NCBI GenBank assembly: GCA_040437565.1 | Contig: JBDOQK010000008.1 | Span: 1-64,000 of the forward strand | Direction: 5' to 3' | DNA: 64,000 nt | Source: Albugo candida | Taxonomy: Eukaryota | Part shown: positions 38,060 to 50,584 of the stretch, in pieces | Numbering within the stretch: the stretch's first letter is position 1 | Layout of the letters: the number at the start of each line of letters is the position of its first letter | Made by a program: the position numbers and the translations under genes | The notes under the pieces: generated by a model | Database searches by the model: none | What the model was told of the DNA's origin: nothing | The model's input: the letters and a program-made list of their open reading frames with translations, nothing else

Positions 38060-39403
38060 TCACGCTACTCTTTCTTCTAAGGAATAGTGTGCCTGACAAT
38101 AATTACCCTTGCGTACTGATCGAATGCACCCAGATACTTGACACCGGCGTCCACCACCATGTGAGATGCAAAAGCCGTTGCCTCGATCTTTTTTCTTACA
38201 ACCGGCACTCATACATCTACGAATTCCACCATGTAAATAACATAATCCAAGTCTCTGGGTTCCTTTGGTGCAGCCCGCAACTCCGCACTTTTTTCCACCA
38301 CCATGCGCCCGACAAAGACCACCGCCTTGAGAACTCTTATCACAACCTTCAACCTGGCAACGAGCACCTCCACCGTGTGTCTTGCATCTATTATTTGATT
38401 GGGCACGACGAGTGCAGTTATCAACAATGCACTGTTTTGCACGTCGATGAGATGGAAGTGATTTATGGTTTGTGAATCTCTGAAAAGAGCTGTCTGGTAC
38501 CGGGATATGATAGCTGTTCATTTCCGCTCCAGTCCAGGGGATAGTACAATCAGCATCAATGAAGAATGTGTGAGAGTTTGGCGTCGGGTAAGTCGGAATA
38601 GATCCGTGCTCATCAGCGTGGTGCGTGTGATTAGAGCTGGAATGCAAGTGTTGAGATTTCATTAGCGGAACGAACGGCATCAAAGAGTATGGATTGACAG
38701 AATTTCCCATAGGAAAAACCGTTCCATCAACTAGATTCTGGAAATCTTCCATTCCAGCAATGTGATTCGAGCCATTCTGCCCAACCATCTTGATGGACGG
38801 AGACATAGCGAACTTCGACGTGTGAGCTTCCTGGGGTAATTTTTCTGATAGCGACGTGGTGTAAAAAGACGTGTATGCATTCTTGCTGGTAGCAGTCAAT
38901 GCACCCTCACTGTAATCATTTTGTTCGTCACATGATCTTGGTACCGGGGATGCTCCTCTTGTGTCACCGAAGCTTTTTTGACCGCTTGAAAGATCCTGAT
39001 TTTGCCCAGCAGAAAATGTGTCACACGGAAATAACGAATTCGTGTCATGTTGACCATATGAATCAGATATCAAGCCGTGCAAATCTTCGTCTTGGATAGA
39101 GAAAAGATCGGTCAAAGACAAGTCGAGTGGCTCCAACAAATCATCACCAGCAGCTGACGCATATGTATTTGTCTCAATTTCATTATGATCTCCAGTTCTC
39201 GGTGTATCCAATGCAGAACAGGAAAGGGAATGGTGACGAGGACGGGAAAATGCTTCAGGCGTCGACGGATACAGTTGACTTGATCCAAAATCCAGTTCGC
39301 CCATCAACATGTCGCAACTGTCTGGAAACGAGAAGACGCTTCCTGACAAATCACCGAGCCCATTTGCGTCGCTTGTAGACTCCATTTTTATAACAGTTGT
39401 CAT
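38060..39403 (-). CDS. Oomycete WRKY19-like zinc-finger repeat protein (putative transcription factor)
   Basis: 447 aa; C-terminal tandem CxxxGCxK...GxCxxHGG repeats after an acidic low-complexity region. Confidence 0.8.
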   Translation of the reverse strand: MTTVIKMESTSDANGLGDLSGSVFSFPDSCDMLMGELDFGSSQLYPSTPEAFSRPRHHSLSCSALDTPRTGDHNEIETNTYASAAGDDLLEPLDLSLTDLFSIQDEDLHGLISDSYGQHDTNSLFPCDTFSAGQNQDLSSGQKSFGDTRGASPVPRSCDEQNDYSEGALTATSKNAYTSFYTTSLSEKLPQEAHTSKFAMSPSIKMVGQNGSNHIAGMEDFQNLVDGTVFPMGNSVNPYSLMPFVPLMKSQHLHSSSNHTHHADEHGSIPTYPTPNSHTFFIDADCTIPWTGAEMNSYHIPVPDSSFQRFTNHKSLPSHRRAKQCIVDNCTRRAQSNNRCKTHGGGARCQVEGCDKSSQGGGLCRAHGGGKKCGVAGCTKGTQRLGLCYLHGGIRRCMSAGCKKKDRGNGFCISHGGGRRCQVSGCIRSVRKGNYCQAHYSLEERVA

Positions 39404-39710
39404 GAAACCTTGAATTTTCGAATGAATTGACTATGGAATGGAGTGCGACCTCGTCAAAGGCAACGTCTTCTGATTATGAGAGATAAGTACAACGAATCGA
39501 GAGGCTGCACATCGTGGTCAATATGTTTGCATCAGAAACCGAAGTGTAAAAGCAAATGTTAAGACAGAATCAAATCCACGTCTCACCGATCTTATTCTGG
39601 TGGGGAACAAATAACAATCGAAACTTCTCCGAAGCTATATTTAGTAAAATGCACAGGAAGAAATGTGTACGAGCTTCTCGGCAAGGCTATCATCTATCGC
39701 TTATTTCAAG

Positions 39711-41090
39711 CTAACGAAATTTCTCTTGCACTGCAGCTGATGCTACTTGAATGAGTTCCAGCTCAACCGATGCAACACTCTGCGCAAAAATATCATTCGG
39801 ACAAAACGGTGTGATTTTGCAAGGGAATAGGAGTTCCTGTTTGTAAGTGGCAGCTAAAGAATAAAGGGCACAAGTCGGATCGTCTGATTTGCAGATAGAG
39901 TACCTTGTCAGAGCGCTGCACAGCACTTGGACTCCAAACGAGCATTGCTTTAGTAAGTTTTCTTCTTCCATGTGTGAGTGGAAGCCTCCCAATTTTATTT
40001 CCACTGATAGCGGTTCTGCTTTGCTTGAATCCGGACGACAAATTATATGTTGTGTAGAATGGTTTGTCAGGAATCTTGATAACATTTCATATGAGAAACC
40101 TCCCGACTCCGTACGGTTGCATGCATGAAGAATTTCGCGGGCCATCGATGTCGTTCTATCTTTCATTTTTTGTGAGCATTTGGGCAATACCTTACTAAGC
40201 AGACGTTCGAGCACGCGTTGAATTTGAGCGACTATTGCATCATATCCCTGTGTGCCCAACGCAATCTCTCCATTGATCTGGATAGAGTCCCGTTGAATAT
40301 CCTTTGAGTCTTGAAAAAGTTCTGATTCCGTTAGCTGATTGAGTCGACCGTTTACACGATATAGCATATCAATTTTCTGCAAATATAAGGAATCGCCCGA
40401 TCTCCGCTCCTTTTCTTTAATCTTTTTCCCGGGCTCGAACCAGTCATTGCACATTGTCAACGTCTTTCTGTCAAAAGTACGCTCCAATTTCTCAAAATAT
40501 GCAGCCAAGTCGTCACTTGATAGTGCTTCTTGTAGTTCTCGATGCGCTGGAAAAACTCTCTCATCCATATCATTTTCAGTCGTAGCAGGGAACAAAATAT
40601 CATTCAATTTAGATTCTAGCAATGTGATCTTATGCCGACTGCGTTCACCCTTATCGATACATTGTTTTATTTGTATCAAGTGCCAATGCAGAACTAAGGA
40701 AATGGATCTCCATGCAAATAGATTTTGTCTAACACATTGAAAGTTTATTGCATCAGTTGCTTCAATCAATTTCATGGCGCGTACGCAATCCGGCACAGTA
40801 TCGTTCTCGGCTTGACTCAATGTGGTAATCATATTCTTCTTAATGTCAAGACTCGATGACTTTGTCAGGCTTTCCAATTCGTTCTGCATTGCTTCAGTAT
40901 CCCATGTCCAGCAGGCAAACTCGTGATCAGCCGAATCTGTATGTCCTCTATTATTCTCGTTTGAACACAGAGCGCTTACACTTCGGTCGTCTGAAAACAT
41001 TTTTCTTGACGTCGGGGACGAGGTTCCTACCTCAGCATAGTCTTCCTGCTCATCTTCCCATTCATCCCAAGAATTTTTTCGATGAGTCAT
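39711..41090 (-). CDS. Hypothetical protein (459 aa)
   Basis: Long uninterrupted ORF with ATG; no domain confidently recognised. Confidence 0.75.
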   Translation of the reverse strand: MTHRKNSWDEWEDEQEDYAEVGTSSPTSRKMFSDDRSVSALCSNENNRGHTDSADHEFACWTWDTEAMQNELESLTKSSSLDIKKNMITTLSQAENDTVPDCVRAMKLIEATDAINFQCVRQNLFAWRSISLVLHWHLIQIKQCIDKGERSRHKITLLESKLNDILFPATTENDMDERVFPAHRELQEALSSDDLAAYFEKLERTFDRKTLTMCNDWFEPGKKIKEKERRSGDSLYLQKIDMLYRVNGRLNQLTESELFQDSKDIQRDSIQINGEIALGTQGYDAIVAQIQRVLERLLSKVLPKCSQKMKDRTTSMAREILHACNRTESGGFSYEMLSRFLTNHSTQHIICRPDSSKAEPLSVEIKLGGFHSHMEEENLLKQCSFGVQVLCSALTRYSICKSDDPTCALYSLAATYKQELLFPCKITPFCPNDIFAQSVASVELELIQVASAAVQEKFR

Positions 41091-41935
41091 GCTGCATCAA
41101 TTTCGAAATAATGTGGGCACATTAACAGAAATCGCGGATGACTAATATATGACGGCTTAAAAGTTGGCTGGGCGTTGCGACGATAATGGCCGCAAAAGCA
41201 CTAATGGACAATACTTTCTTTAGTTTTTACATAATGATCCTGGAGGAATAGTTGAGCTGGGGCATGCGCTGAACATTATGACACGGGCACAATGCAACCA
41301 ACGAAGCAGTTTGAGAAGGCGGGGATGCAACATCTTAACCGAAACAAACTCTATGCTGCATCCAACGAGCGCCAATTCTCATTACACATGATTTGATTTC
41401 GAAAATGGTTGCTGAACAGTATGCACGTATTTTGATGCCACAAAACAAGCGAAAGAGTTAAAACTGCGAAAGGAATAACATGCGAAGACGTTAACATCGC
41501 AAAGTCTTAAATATTCTTTGTTACAACTCTTGTAAACGATGCATTTTATTTTAAATGAATGCGTCAATACATCAAGTATTTAAGTACAAGTAAAATTGAG
41601 AGTGTATCATTCATTCATGTGTTCCCATGAGCAATCACCAAAGGTGCGGGAGATTCGTTCCATCCGGGCAGCCTGCCAGCACAAGTCACCTTCAGTGAGA
41701 TCAAACTCTGAGACCCGAGCGATTCTGCAGTTGTTATGCACTACATGGAGACGGTAGAAAGGATTGTCTCGCAAGTGGTTGCCTTGTTTGATATGTCTAC
41801 ATCGTATCGACAATGGAACGTGCTGTCAGTATAAATAGCCGCCTTGGAACGTTGGAATGCAATATAAATAAAACAAAAACAAGCCTCTTTGATCGAAACA
41901 CTCAAGTAAGCTGGTGGCTGTTTCTTTAGAAAGAA

Positions 41936-44724
41936 ATGAATTCGGGCGATCAAGAATCGAATAATGCATCCCAGAGTAAACATGAGAAGGCAAATGGGGA
42001 TTCAAAACAAACACCAAAAGAAGCGGATTTATTTGATTTGGAACAATTGGAAAATGATTTCCAGGACGTCATGACGGAATTGATGGGTGACAAAAGTCTT
42101 GAACGGTTCAGGATCGAATACGAGAAGGTACATAATGCACTCTTACGGGCCAATACACAAGAAAAGAGGCTGATCAAAAAGTGCCGAGAGCTTAACGCTG
42201 AGATTATCAATAACGCTGCTAAAGTCCAAACTGCAATTAAGCTTTCACAAGAAGATCAGAGCAGTATTGCGTCGCTAAAGAAGGAAATGGAAAAGGCATG
42301 GAAAATGGTTGACGCCTCTCATGAGAAGGAATTGCGAGCCAAAGAAACGATACAGCAGTTGAAGGATGAGATTAATAATTTGAGTCAATTGGTTGATCAA
42401 GGTGCAGGTCTGAATAGTGGAAAAGAGAATTTACTCAAAGAAGCCATCCGTGCGAAGGAAGAAATATCACAACTCAATGAGGAGTTTAAAGTAAACGCAA
42501 AAAAGGATCAGAACAAGATGCAAGACCTTATGAAAGTGATTTCCGATAACGAGGCAGCCGCGATAGGGCACAAGCAAGAATTGCAGAACTTACAGGATCA
42601 ACTTGCAATAAAGATTGTAAGTAGTAGTATGAGATCAAAACGGTTTTGAAGAGTTGACACATTACTCAGGCGGACCAAGAACGGGATCAACGTCGAAAGG
42701 AGCGAATGGAGAAGGAGATGAAGGAATTTCGTGCGAAGTATGAAAAGAAAGTAGGGGAACAGGCCGAACTACGTGAAGAACTTGTCGAAAAATCAACCCA
42801 AATGCAAGCATTTGAAAAGGATCTTCAAGACTCACGTGGGACATTGGAGAAATATGTTCGAGACTACGAGTCTCTTTTCAGTCGATCTCAAAAGCTAGCG
42901 GATCTTTTGAATGATCAAAGCGACAAATCAATGAAGCTAGAAGTAGAACGTCGATCTTTGCAGAAAGAAATCAAGCTGCAACAAGTTGAGCTGAATCGAA
43001 TTCGTCTAGAGAAATCTGTGGCGGAGAGAAAAATTGACAAAGAAAAACGGATTTATCAAAAGTTGGAAGAACGATTGGATCACGAGCATACGACAAAACT
43101 CGTACTTCAGAGCCAAATTACTTCAATGCAAAAGGATTTGGATAATGAAAAAGTGCTTGATGAGAAACAGCAAACAGAGATGGAGCGTATGGAACGGGAA
43201 AAAAAAGTGGAAAGAAGAAACGTTGAGAAAGCAGAAGCAAAGGCAAACCAAGCTCACGACGATATTCAGGCAAATGAACGTGTAGAGATGAGCTTGAGGC
43301 AGGAACTAGCAGGTCTCAAGCGCGAAGCAACTAAGCAACGAAAACTTATCTACCAACTCGAAAAAGGTCGAGAGAGATATGAAATGGAAGCAACAGAGCA
43401 ACGAGCACTGTTATTTCAAAGAGAAGAAGACATTAAGGCGAAAGTATTCCAAATTGAGGAAGCACAAAAAAAGGTGCTAGAGATGGAATGCAAGCTCAAG
43501 CAACAGCAGCAACTGTATGAGCAAGTTCGTTCGGAACGAAATCATAGCAGCAAAAATCTAAATGATTGTCGGGATGAAATCAGCGAGCTCAAACGTAAAT
43601 TCACGATATTGAATCATCAAATTGAACAGTTGAAGGAAGAAGTGGCGACAAAAGACGACGTACTTGTCAAGGAGCATTTTCAACACTGTAAAGTTGAAAA
43701 AGAGAAGGATCTTTTCAAAAATGAATTGGGCCGACTACACGCATTGGTATCAAGTAACGAGAGTACTATCCATCATCAAGATGCCGAACTGAGAAAGATG
43801 TCTGCAGTTATGAGAGGTATGGATGATGAAGCACTTAAGCAACGTAAAGAATACGATCAGGTTATACATGAACGCGATATTCTTGGGACTCAATTAATCC
43901 GGCGCAATGACGAATTATCACTGCTATATGAGAAACTCAGAATCCAGCAATCGATCTTAGGCAAAGGGGAAGCGCAGTATCAAGAGCGCATGCAGGACAC
44001 TCGTGTTTTGAAGCTCAAAGTCACGGATTTGAAGCGAGAATTGCACATTGCGAAACATCAAGTGGGACAGTGGGATGATTTGAAGCGAGAAGTTTTCCAT
44101 TTGGAGCGTGCGCTTTTGCAAGAAAAGACAAAAGTGAAAGCTCTGTCGGAAGAGCTTGAGAACCCAATGAATGTACATCGCTGGCGTAAACTCGAAGGAA
44201 ATGATCCCGCGATGTATGAATTACTGCAAAAGGTGCAGACACTGCAGAAACGGCTCATACAGAAGACAGAACAAGTTGTTGAAAAAGATCTCGTCATTGA
44301 AGAAAAAGAGAAGCTATACAATGAACTGAAACTGATTCTCGCCAGACAGCCAGGCCCCGAAGTTGTTGAACAGCTCAGTTGGTATCAGCAGGTCGTTCGT
44401 GACAAAGAAAAACAATTGAAAATGTTACTAAGCGAACAGAATATGTTTCAGTCAACGGAAAATGAGCTCAAGTTTCAAATTGAACGCCTTTCACATGAAA
44501 TCAACGAATACAAAAGGAAGTATTATAAGAAGAAACTGGAGGATAAGATCAGGCGCACAAGAAGCAACAATGACACAAGTAACGGTAGTGGGATAGATCG
44601 CTTGCCTAGCTTGCCTCAAAAGTCTCAGTTGCCCGGTAGAATGCAGCCAGCGCAAGCTCAACGACAACTCGCCTTAGCATCGACGACACGTTATGTCGGG
44701 GGAGGCTTTTCTCTGAATCAATAG
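41936..44724 (+). CDS. CFAP58: Cilia- and flagella-associated protein 58 (CCDC147)
   Basis: LMGDKSLERFRIEYEK, ERDILGTQLIRRNDELSLLYEK, ELENPMNVHRWRKLEG, RYVGGGFSL motifs; intron ~42617-42669. Confidence 0.92.
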
Positions 44725-44831
44725 GAAGAAGGAAAGAGTACACACGGATTGCTAGCAAGTATTGTCAATTCATCAGCATCGTAGCCTGCTCTAATCAAAC
44801 ACTAGCAACCATTTCCTCCTGGGGATCAATG

Positions 44832-47321
44832 TCAAAGCTCATCCTTCTCACTTTCTTCTTCCGTCGATTCATCTCCAGGAATGTCGTCATCCAAGTCTTC
44901 AGCTTCTTCGGTCTCCGCGTCGCTCGATGGCTCTTCATCAACGGTAACTTCGATTTCGGGCTCGAGATTCAACGACTCCAGACCCAAATTGTCCTGCATG
45001 ATACGGTAGACACGACTGGCAAAGTGATCAGCGTGCGTCAATTCGTAACCGGAATTCACAATTGCGGTATCCAAGAGCATCCACGCAAGATTTTTAGCTT
45101 TATCATCTTCAGGATTTGCTTTGAACATATCATTCAGCTGGTTGACGATAGGATGCCGAGGGTTCACTTCCATGATCGCCGATTTCGTACCGGATATGGC
45201 AGATAATCCTTGCTGACCGTTTCCGAATGTCTGAGACTTCATGAGTTTCTGCATTTTTGCCGAGTATCCCCACTCTGAAGAAACGAGGACTGCAGGCGAG
45301 CTCATACCGCGCTGTGATACGACCACTCGGGAAATGTCACCATCGTATAGCTTTTTCAAAGCATCAATGAGGCCTGCAAACTTTTCGGAATATACTTTCT
45401 GTCGTTTCTCAACAACCTTTGGATCTTCATCGCCAAATTTCACTCCCTCTTTTGAAATTGATTGCAACTTTTTACCATCAAAATCCGAAATGTGACCAAC
45501 AAGGTACTCATCTAAAGGCTCATTCATGAAGACGACCTCAACACCTTTGGCTGTCGCTTTTTCCAAGAAAGGCGACTTGCTGCATGAATCGACGTCTTCA
45601 CACGATAGATAGTAGATGGTGGTTTGCCATTCTTTCATGCGCGATACGTACTTTGCAAGAGAAATGTATTTCTTTGAGCTTTGCGATGATTGGAATCGAA
45701 GAAGTTTGGCAAGTTTCGGACGGTTCACGCTATCGTGAATAACTCCCAATTTGATACTCTTACCAAAAGTTTCCCAGAATTTGATATAGTCGGGGTTTTC
45801 TTCACCGGCGACATCTTTCTTCTTACGATCGGCGTCATCGTCTTCCCCATCAGCGTCTGCGTCATCATCTTCATCATCTTCATCTTCATCTTCCACGGAG
45901 GCCAAATCGAGCAGCATCTCCAAAACTTTGCGAACCAGTTTCTTGCGAATAATCTTCAGTATCAAACTTTCTTGCAAAGTCTCACGAGAAACATTGATCG
46001 GCAAATCGTCAGAATCAACAACACCGACAACAAAGTTCAGGTAACGAGGCAGAAATTCATCATAATCATCGGTGATAAGAACTTTGCGCACGTATAGCTT
46101 GATTTCAGGCGACGTGGACTCGTACTTTTGGTATAGGTTGGGAGGAGCGTCTTTGGGAATGTAGAGAATTGACTTGAACTCCACCTTGCCTTCTGCCTTG
46201 AATTGGATCCAAGTCAGTGGTTCGTTGTCGCTCTTGCGGATAGATTTGAAAAAGTTGACATATTCCTCATCCGAGATATCCTCCGATGGTCTAGTCCAGA
46301 TAGCTTGTACGTCATTGATACGAGTCCAGTTCCACACAGTACGTTTCTCAGTACGAGTTTTCTTCTTCGCCTTCTCATCATTTTCATTTTCATCTTCATC
46401 TTTACTCTCCAATTCTTCACTCTCGTCATCAGATTTGTCTTTGCTGTCCTCATCCTTCTCGTCTTTTTCATCCTTCTCGTCTTTTTCTTCATTCTCATCA
46501 TCCACGTCGACCTCGTAAGATTCTTCAGTGGAAGTTTTCATGAGAATTGGAAAAGTGATAAATTCACTGTAGCGAGAAATCAATGATTTGAGACGATCTT
46601 GGTCACAAAATTCTTTGGCATCTTTTTTCAAGAAAAGCGTAATCTCCGAACCCCGGCCGAGTGTGTTACCACGAGGATCTTTAGCGACAGTGAAGGAAGC
46701 GTTCGCGTCGGATATCCATACGTGCTGCTCATCATCGTTATTCTTCGAAGCGAATCGGACTCGATCGGCAACAAGATATACGGAGTAGAAACCAACACCG
46801 AATTGCCCAATCATGTTGGTGTCACCCTTTTGCAGGTTCTCCATGAACTTGGCAGTACCAGACTTGGCTACCGTTCCGAGATTGTTGATCATGTCATCCC
46901 GGGTCATTCCGACTCCAGTATCACGTATTGTCAGAGTCTGAGCATCGGAGTCATAGCTGATTCGAATTTCAAGGTCCTTTGCGCTGTCGAGTGCTTTATC
47001 ATTCGATAGAGCCAAAAAACGAATTTTGTCGAGCGCATCAGATGCATTTGAAATAAGCTCTCGAAGGAAAATCTCTTTGGACTTGTAAAGCGAGTGAATA
47101 ATGATGTCCATCAAACGCGAGATTTCAGCTTGGAATTCAAACTTCTCGCCCTTGATTGAGGCATCGTCGAAATTGTTTTCAGACGGTTCGCTCTCAGTGC
47201 TCACGCTTCCCAGAACTCCGGAATGTGGAGCAAAGTGCATGTATCCGCAGAGAGCGACAAGAAACGCACAGATGATAGTGCGCCGCAAATGCAGGCCACG
47301 TGGGCGAGATTTGATGATCAT
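44832..47321 (-). CDS. HSP90B1: Endoplasmin / GRP94 (ER Hsp90)
   Basis: Signal peptide, [39 protein letters not shown]-terminal KDEL. Confidence 0.97.
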   Translation of the reverse strand: MIIKSRPRGLHLRRTIICAFLVALCGYMHFAPHSGVLGSVSTESEPSENNFDDASIKGEKFEFQAEISRLMDIIIHSLYKSKEIFLRELISNASDALDKIRFLALSNDKALDSAKDLEIRISYDSDAQTLTIRDTGVGMTRDDMINNLGTVAKSGTAKFMENLQKGDTNMIGQFGVGFYSVYLVADRVRFASKNNDDEQHVWISDANASFTVAKDPRGNTLGRGSEITLFLKKDAKEFCDQDRLKSLISRYSEFITFPILMKTSTEESYEVDVDDENEEKDEKDEKDEKDEDSKDKSDDESEELESKDEDENENDEKAKKKTRTEKRTVWNWTRINDVQAIWTRPSEDISDEEYVNFFKSIRKSDNEPLTWIQFKAEGKVEFKSILYIPKDAPPNLYQKYESTSPEIKLYVRKVLITDDYDEFLPRYLNFVVGVVDSDDLPINVSRETLQESLILKIIRKKLVRKVLEMLLDLASVEDEDEDDEDDDADADGEDDDADRKKKDVAGEENPDYIKFWETFGKSIKLGVIHDSVNRPKLAKLLRFQSSQSSKKYISLAKYVSRMKEWQTTIYYLSCEDVDSCSKSPFLEKATAKGVEVVFMNEPLDEYLVGHISDFDGKKLQSISKEGVKFGDEDPKVVEKRQKVYSEKFAGLIDALKKLYDGDISRVVVSQRGMSSPAVLVSSEWGYSAKMQKLMKSQTFGNGQQGLSAISGTKSAIMEVNPRHPIVNQLNDMFKANPEDDKAKNLAWMLLDTAIVNSGYELTHADHFASRVYRIMQDNLGLESLNLEPEIEVTVDEEPSSDAETEEAEDLDDDIPGDESTEEESEKDEL

Positions 47322-47425
47322 CGGAAATTCTTTGTCGTGGCTGGAAGAAAATTCGAAAGTGACAATAAATATGTTTATATTGTAAGTTACTTTTAAGGTT
47401 TGTAAAGTATTCAGTGTTTCTAATC

Positions 47426-47612
47426 TTCTAGAAAACCTCTGTCCACGTGTCGCGAGGAGCGATTTCTACACGTGTCACTACTGTGGGTGGGCGGTTAGTG
47501 TAAAAATCAGCAGAAAAGATGTGCATTCACTCAAAATGGGTAAAAATCACTGCGATCTTATGTACTCCCACACTGCTGGCACACGTCCAACAATTTAGTG
47601 ATCCACGTGTCG
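47426..47612. promoter_or_regulatory. Bidirectional promoter (GRP94/THOC3) with repeated CACGTG motifs and an HSE-like TTCTAGAA
   Basis: TCCACGTGTCG at 47442 and 47602, ACACGTGTC at 47468, TTCTAGAA at 47426, all within a 327 bp intergenic region. Confidence 0.45.
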
Positions 47613-47648
47613 TATTTAAGCGACAAAACACTGTAATGCACAGCGAAT

Positions 47649-48863
47649 ATGATCCGCGAACAATCTGAATCTGAATCGAGTGTCACGCAAAATCAATTGC
47701 CTGAACTGTATGGCCATTCTCGTAAAGTATACGCACTGGAGTATAATGCCGATGGCTCAATGTTAGCATCCGGCTCTAGCGATAAAACTGTCCGTGTTTG
47801 GACGAATTTGTCAGAGAAGGGTGTCATAGAATTTCGAGGTCATACAGATCCAATACTTTCATTAGCTTGGGATCCGACATCTCTGTATCGCGTGTCAAGT
47901 ACAAGTAGCGACAAAACTGTTCGAGTCTGGGATGTAAAAGCTGGTAAAATTGCGCAAACTGTCACGCTACAAAATGAAGCGATGAATATCGTATACAGTC
48001 ATGATGGCAAGTATATTGCAGTCAGTAACCTCGACTGTGTGACTCTAATTGAGACAAAAAAGTATCGAGTGGTTCAGCGTGTTGTGAATCCATATGAGGT
48101 CAGAGTCCGTGTTTGATCACATACTGACATGATCTTCACTCATCTATGTTTCCAGGTCAATGAAATCCAATTCAGCCGGACAGGTCACTTTTATGTGGCA
48201 GCCGGGCACCCTACTGGTCATGGCATGTTTGAGATAATGAGAGTATCATGTGATGGTAAGGGAAAGCCGTTCTTAGAAAATTTGCACAAGGTAATGTCGC
48301 ACACCCAGACATGTTATCCGCACAATGATCTTACCTGCTGGTTGTTGTAGGTCACAGCTCATGCGGGTAGCTGTTTTTGCCTCGATTTTCATCCATCTGG
48401 AAAGTAAGATTTTTGCTCATTGTGTGGTCGATGTCTTTATAGATAATGTTTGTAGGTTTGTCGCACTCGGCAGCGTTGATTCATTAGTCAGTTTGTGGGA
48501 TCTTCAAGAATTGTATTGCGTTCGAACGTTCACGGTGACGAGGTATAGCTGAGATCTTAGTCTGACTTTCCACTCACAGCCTTCTGTGGAATCAGCTCGA
48601 GTATCCGTACAGTACGTTTCAATCATGATGGAAGTTATCTTGCGATCGGCACCAAAGATTCCAACATTATAGTTGTATTGACCGAAACTAGCGAGATTGC
48701 GTGCTCTGTGCAGCTTCAAAATCTACTGCAATATCTTTGCTGGCACCCCAAACAGAATATTTTCTCATACGTTGGCGATAAAGCATCTGATGAGAAAAAT
48801 GCAAATCGCGATGGGGTGATCAAATCAATAAAGATTGCTAGTCAAGAAAGTCCGATACCATAA
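47649..48863 (+). CDS. THOC3: THO complex subunit 3 (TEX1), WD40 protein, multi-exon
   Basis: WD40 repeats; CFCLDFHPSG...GSVDSLVSLWDLQELYCVRTF and LCWHPK match THOC3; short GT-AG introns. Confidence 0.8.
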
Positions 48864-49036
48864 TTCCGAGTAGAGTGATCACTCTGGGGTAGCTAGTTCA
48901 TATAGATGCTCCAAGAAAATCCGTATTACAATAGTTTTTTGTGCGATTAAAATATGATACTTAGATCGAGCAGGTTAGAGAGTGAAGTCTGAATCCAATG
49001 ATTCTTGGACCAATACAATTCCAGCCGGCTAGACAC

Positions 49037-49559
49037 TTAACCATTTCCTGCAGCAGAGACCTGGACCAAACAATGATGAGTTTGAGATCTCCAACTCGTC
49101 CCTGTAAAAAAGTTTACGACATACCCTCGGAATATCATGATGCTCAGTAAGACTACCGAGATAATGATTCAACTCATCGACTCTTTGTCGATAAGTTTTG
49201 CTTGCAATCTTGTTGATTTCTTCGTTTTCCTATAAATGAACAGCCAAACAAGTCAAAGCTTCTTCATAGTACATTTCATAGCTTCCGGACCCTTTTTCTT
49301 CGTATCTCTTCATGCTTTCTTTGCGCCTGTGTCATCTCTTTGTATTGGATTTCATTATCATCGCTATTAACTTCTTTCCTAGTGTGAAAACAATGCAGAT
49401 AATGAACGACGTATTTGTCGGAGACGGTACAGACACATACTTTTCTGCCACCGATCTATCACTTTCCTTCTTTATTTTCTTGTATCTCTTTTTGGAGGCC
49501 GTAACTTTCGCCAAGTTACCTCTCTTCAGCTTCAATTTACCACGTTTTATATTCTCCAT
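49037..49559 (-). CDS. FAM32A: FAM32A-like (DUF1754) spliceosome-associated protein, 4 exons
   Basis: Manually spliced: MENIKRGKLKLKRG...MTQAQRKHEEIRRKR|ENEEINKIASKTYRQRVDELNHYLGSLTEHHDIPR|VSAAGNG*. Only exon 1 appears in the ORF track. Confidence 0.85.
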
Positions 49560-49640
49560 GTTGACAACACTTTTGGAAAAATTGCGTAATTATATTATTA
49601 GCATCAGTCACCATTTATTCACAAATATAGTCGTCTCGAG

Positions 49641-50584
49641 ATGGATGAAGCCAATGCCAAGCCTAATTGCGGTTGCTTTACTGGCGATGCGTGTCATATA
49701 TGCGATCGATGCATTGAGGATCATTGCGTCTGTCACAATCAAGAACTGGAGCAGCCTGTTTGTGTGGAGGTAATTTCGTCTGTAAGATTTCGATATGACG
49801 CGTATTGAATGGATGGCTAGATTCAGCGGCGTCCTTTAAGTACTACCATCAACACTGATCGACAAGATCGCAAAAGACGACTTGAGCATGTTATGTCCTG
49901 TTCTGGAATTCCTTCTGTTAGCAGTATTTATGAGAAAAAGCTCTGCAGCGATACGAAAGTGATGCGAGCATGTACCGATGACGATATTTATACAATTGAA
50001 CTACAAAATAAGGAGGTGAGAGAGATATTCAAGGCATCAATAGGACGTCGATTTCTCCATTTGAATCCACCGCCATATCACCCGCTACATTTACAAAATG
50101 GTATCACGTACATGGAAACCATTAGTGCCCGCGAGGGGATCGTGCGTGGTCGCAGAATAACAAAGGTACGCTCTTTATCTCTTTTCTATTTATCATACAT
50201 TCTCATTTAAGATGGTTTCTAGAGAGGAAGTACTGGAAGAAATGCTCACATTATGAAAGGAATCACAAACATGGAGCACGAATACGGTAAACACCCGCTA
50301 TAATTCCATCCTCATACATACATACAAAATTTAATGATTTGCACCAGATCGAGACCACGCTTTGCCTCTAGATGTACAGCTTTCTATTTTTTGTGTTATG
50401 TGCAATTCGTTTGGCTGATGATGCTTCATCCGAGAAGGACATTGTAGATTACTTGGTTTATGCTAGTAGTGGGAAAGTCAGTCAAGTTCCCGAGCTTGTT
50501 GGAACATTTGAAGATACAGCGGCTGTTGCAATTGCGATCGCTATCGATGAATTTGCCAAAAATCTAATCGAGTCTTCTCTTTGA
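49641..50584 (+). CDS. Hypothetical multi-exon protein with N-terminal Cys/His cluster
   Basis: Exon 1 MDEANAKPNCGCFTGDACHICDRCIEDHCVCHNQ...|GT, spliced in frame to IQRRPLSTT...MSCSGIPS (49893-) and the later ORF 50372-50584. Confidence 0.55.

Noticed and set aside
44829..47385. Plus-strand ORFs antisense to GRP94 (likewise antisense ORFs over UBA1, La, CFAP58)
   Set aside because: Shadow ORFs caused by codon bias and acidic repeats on the coding strand.
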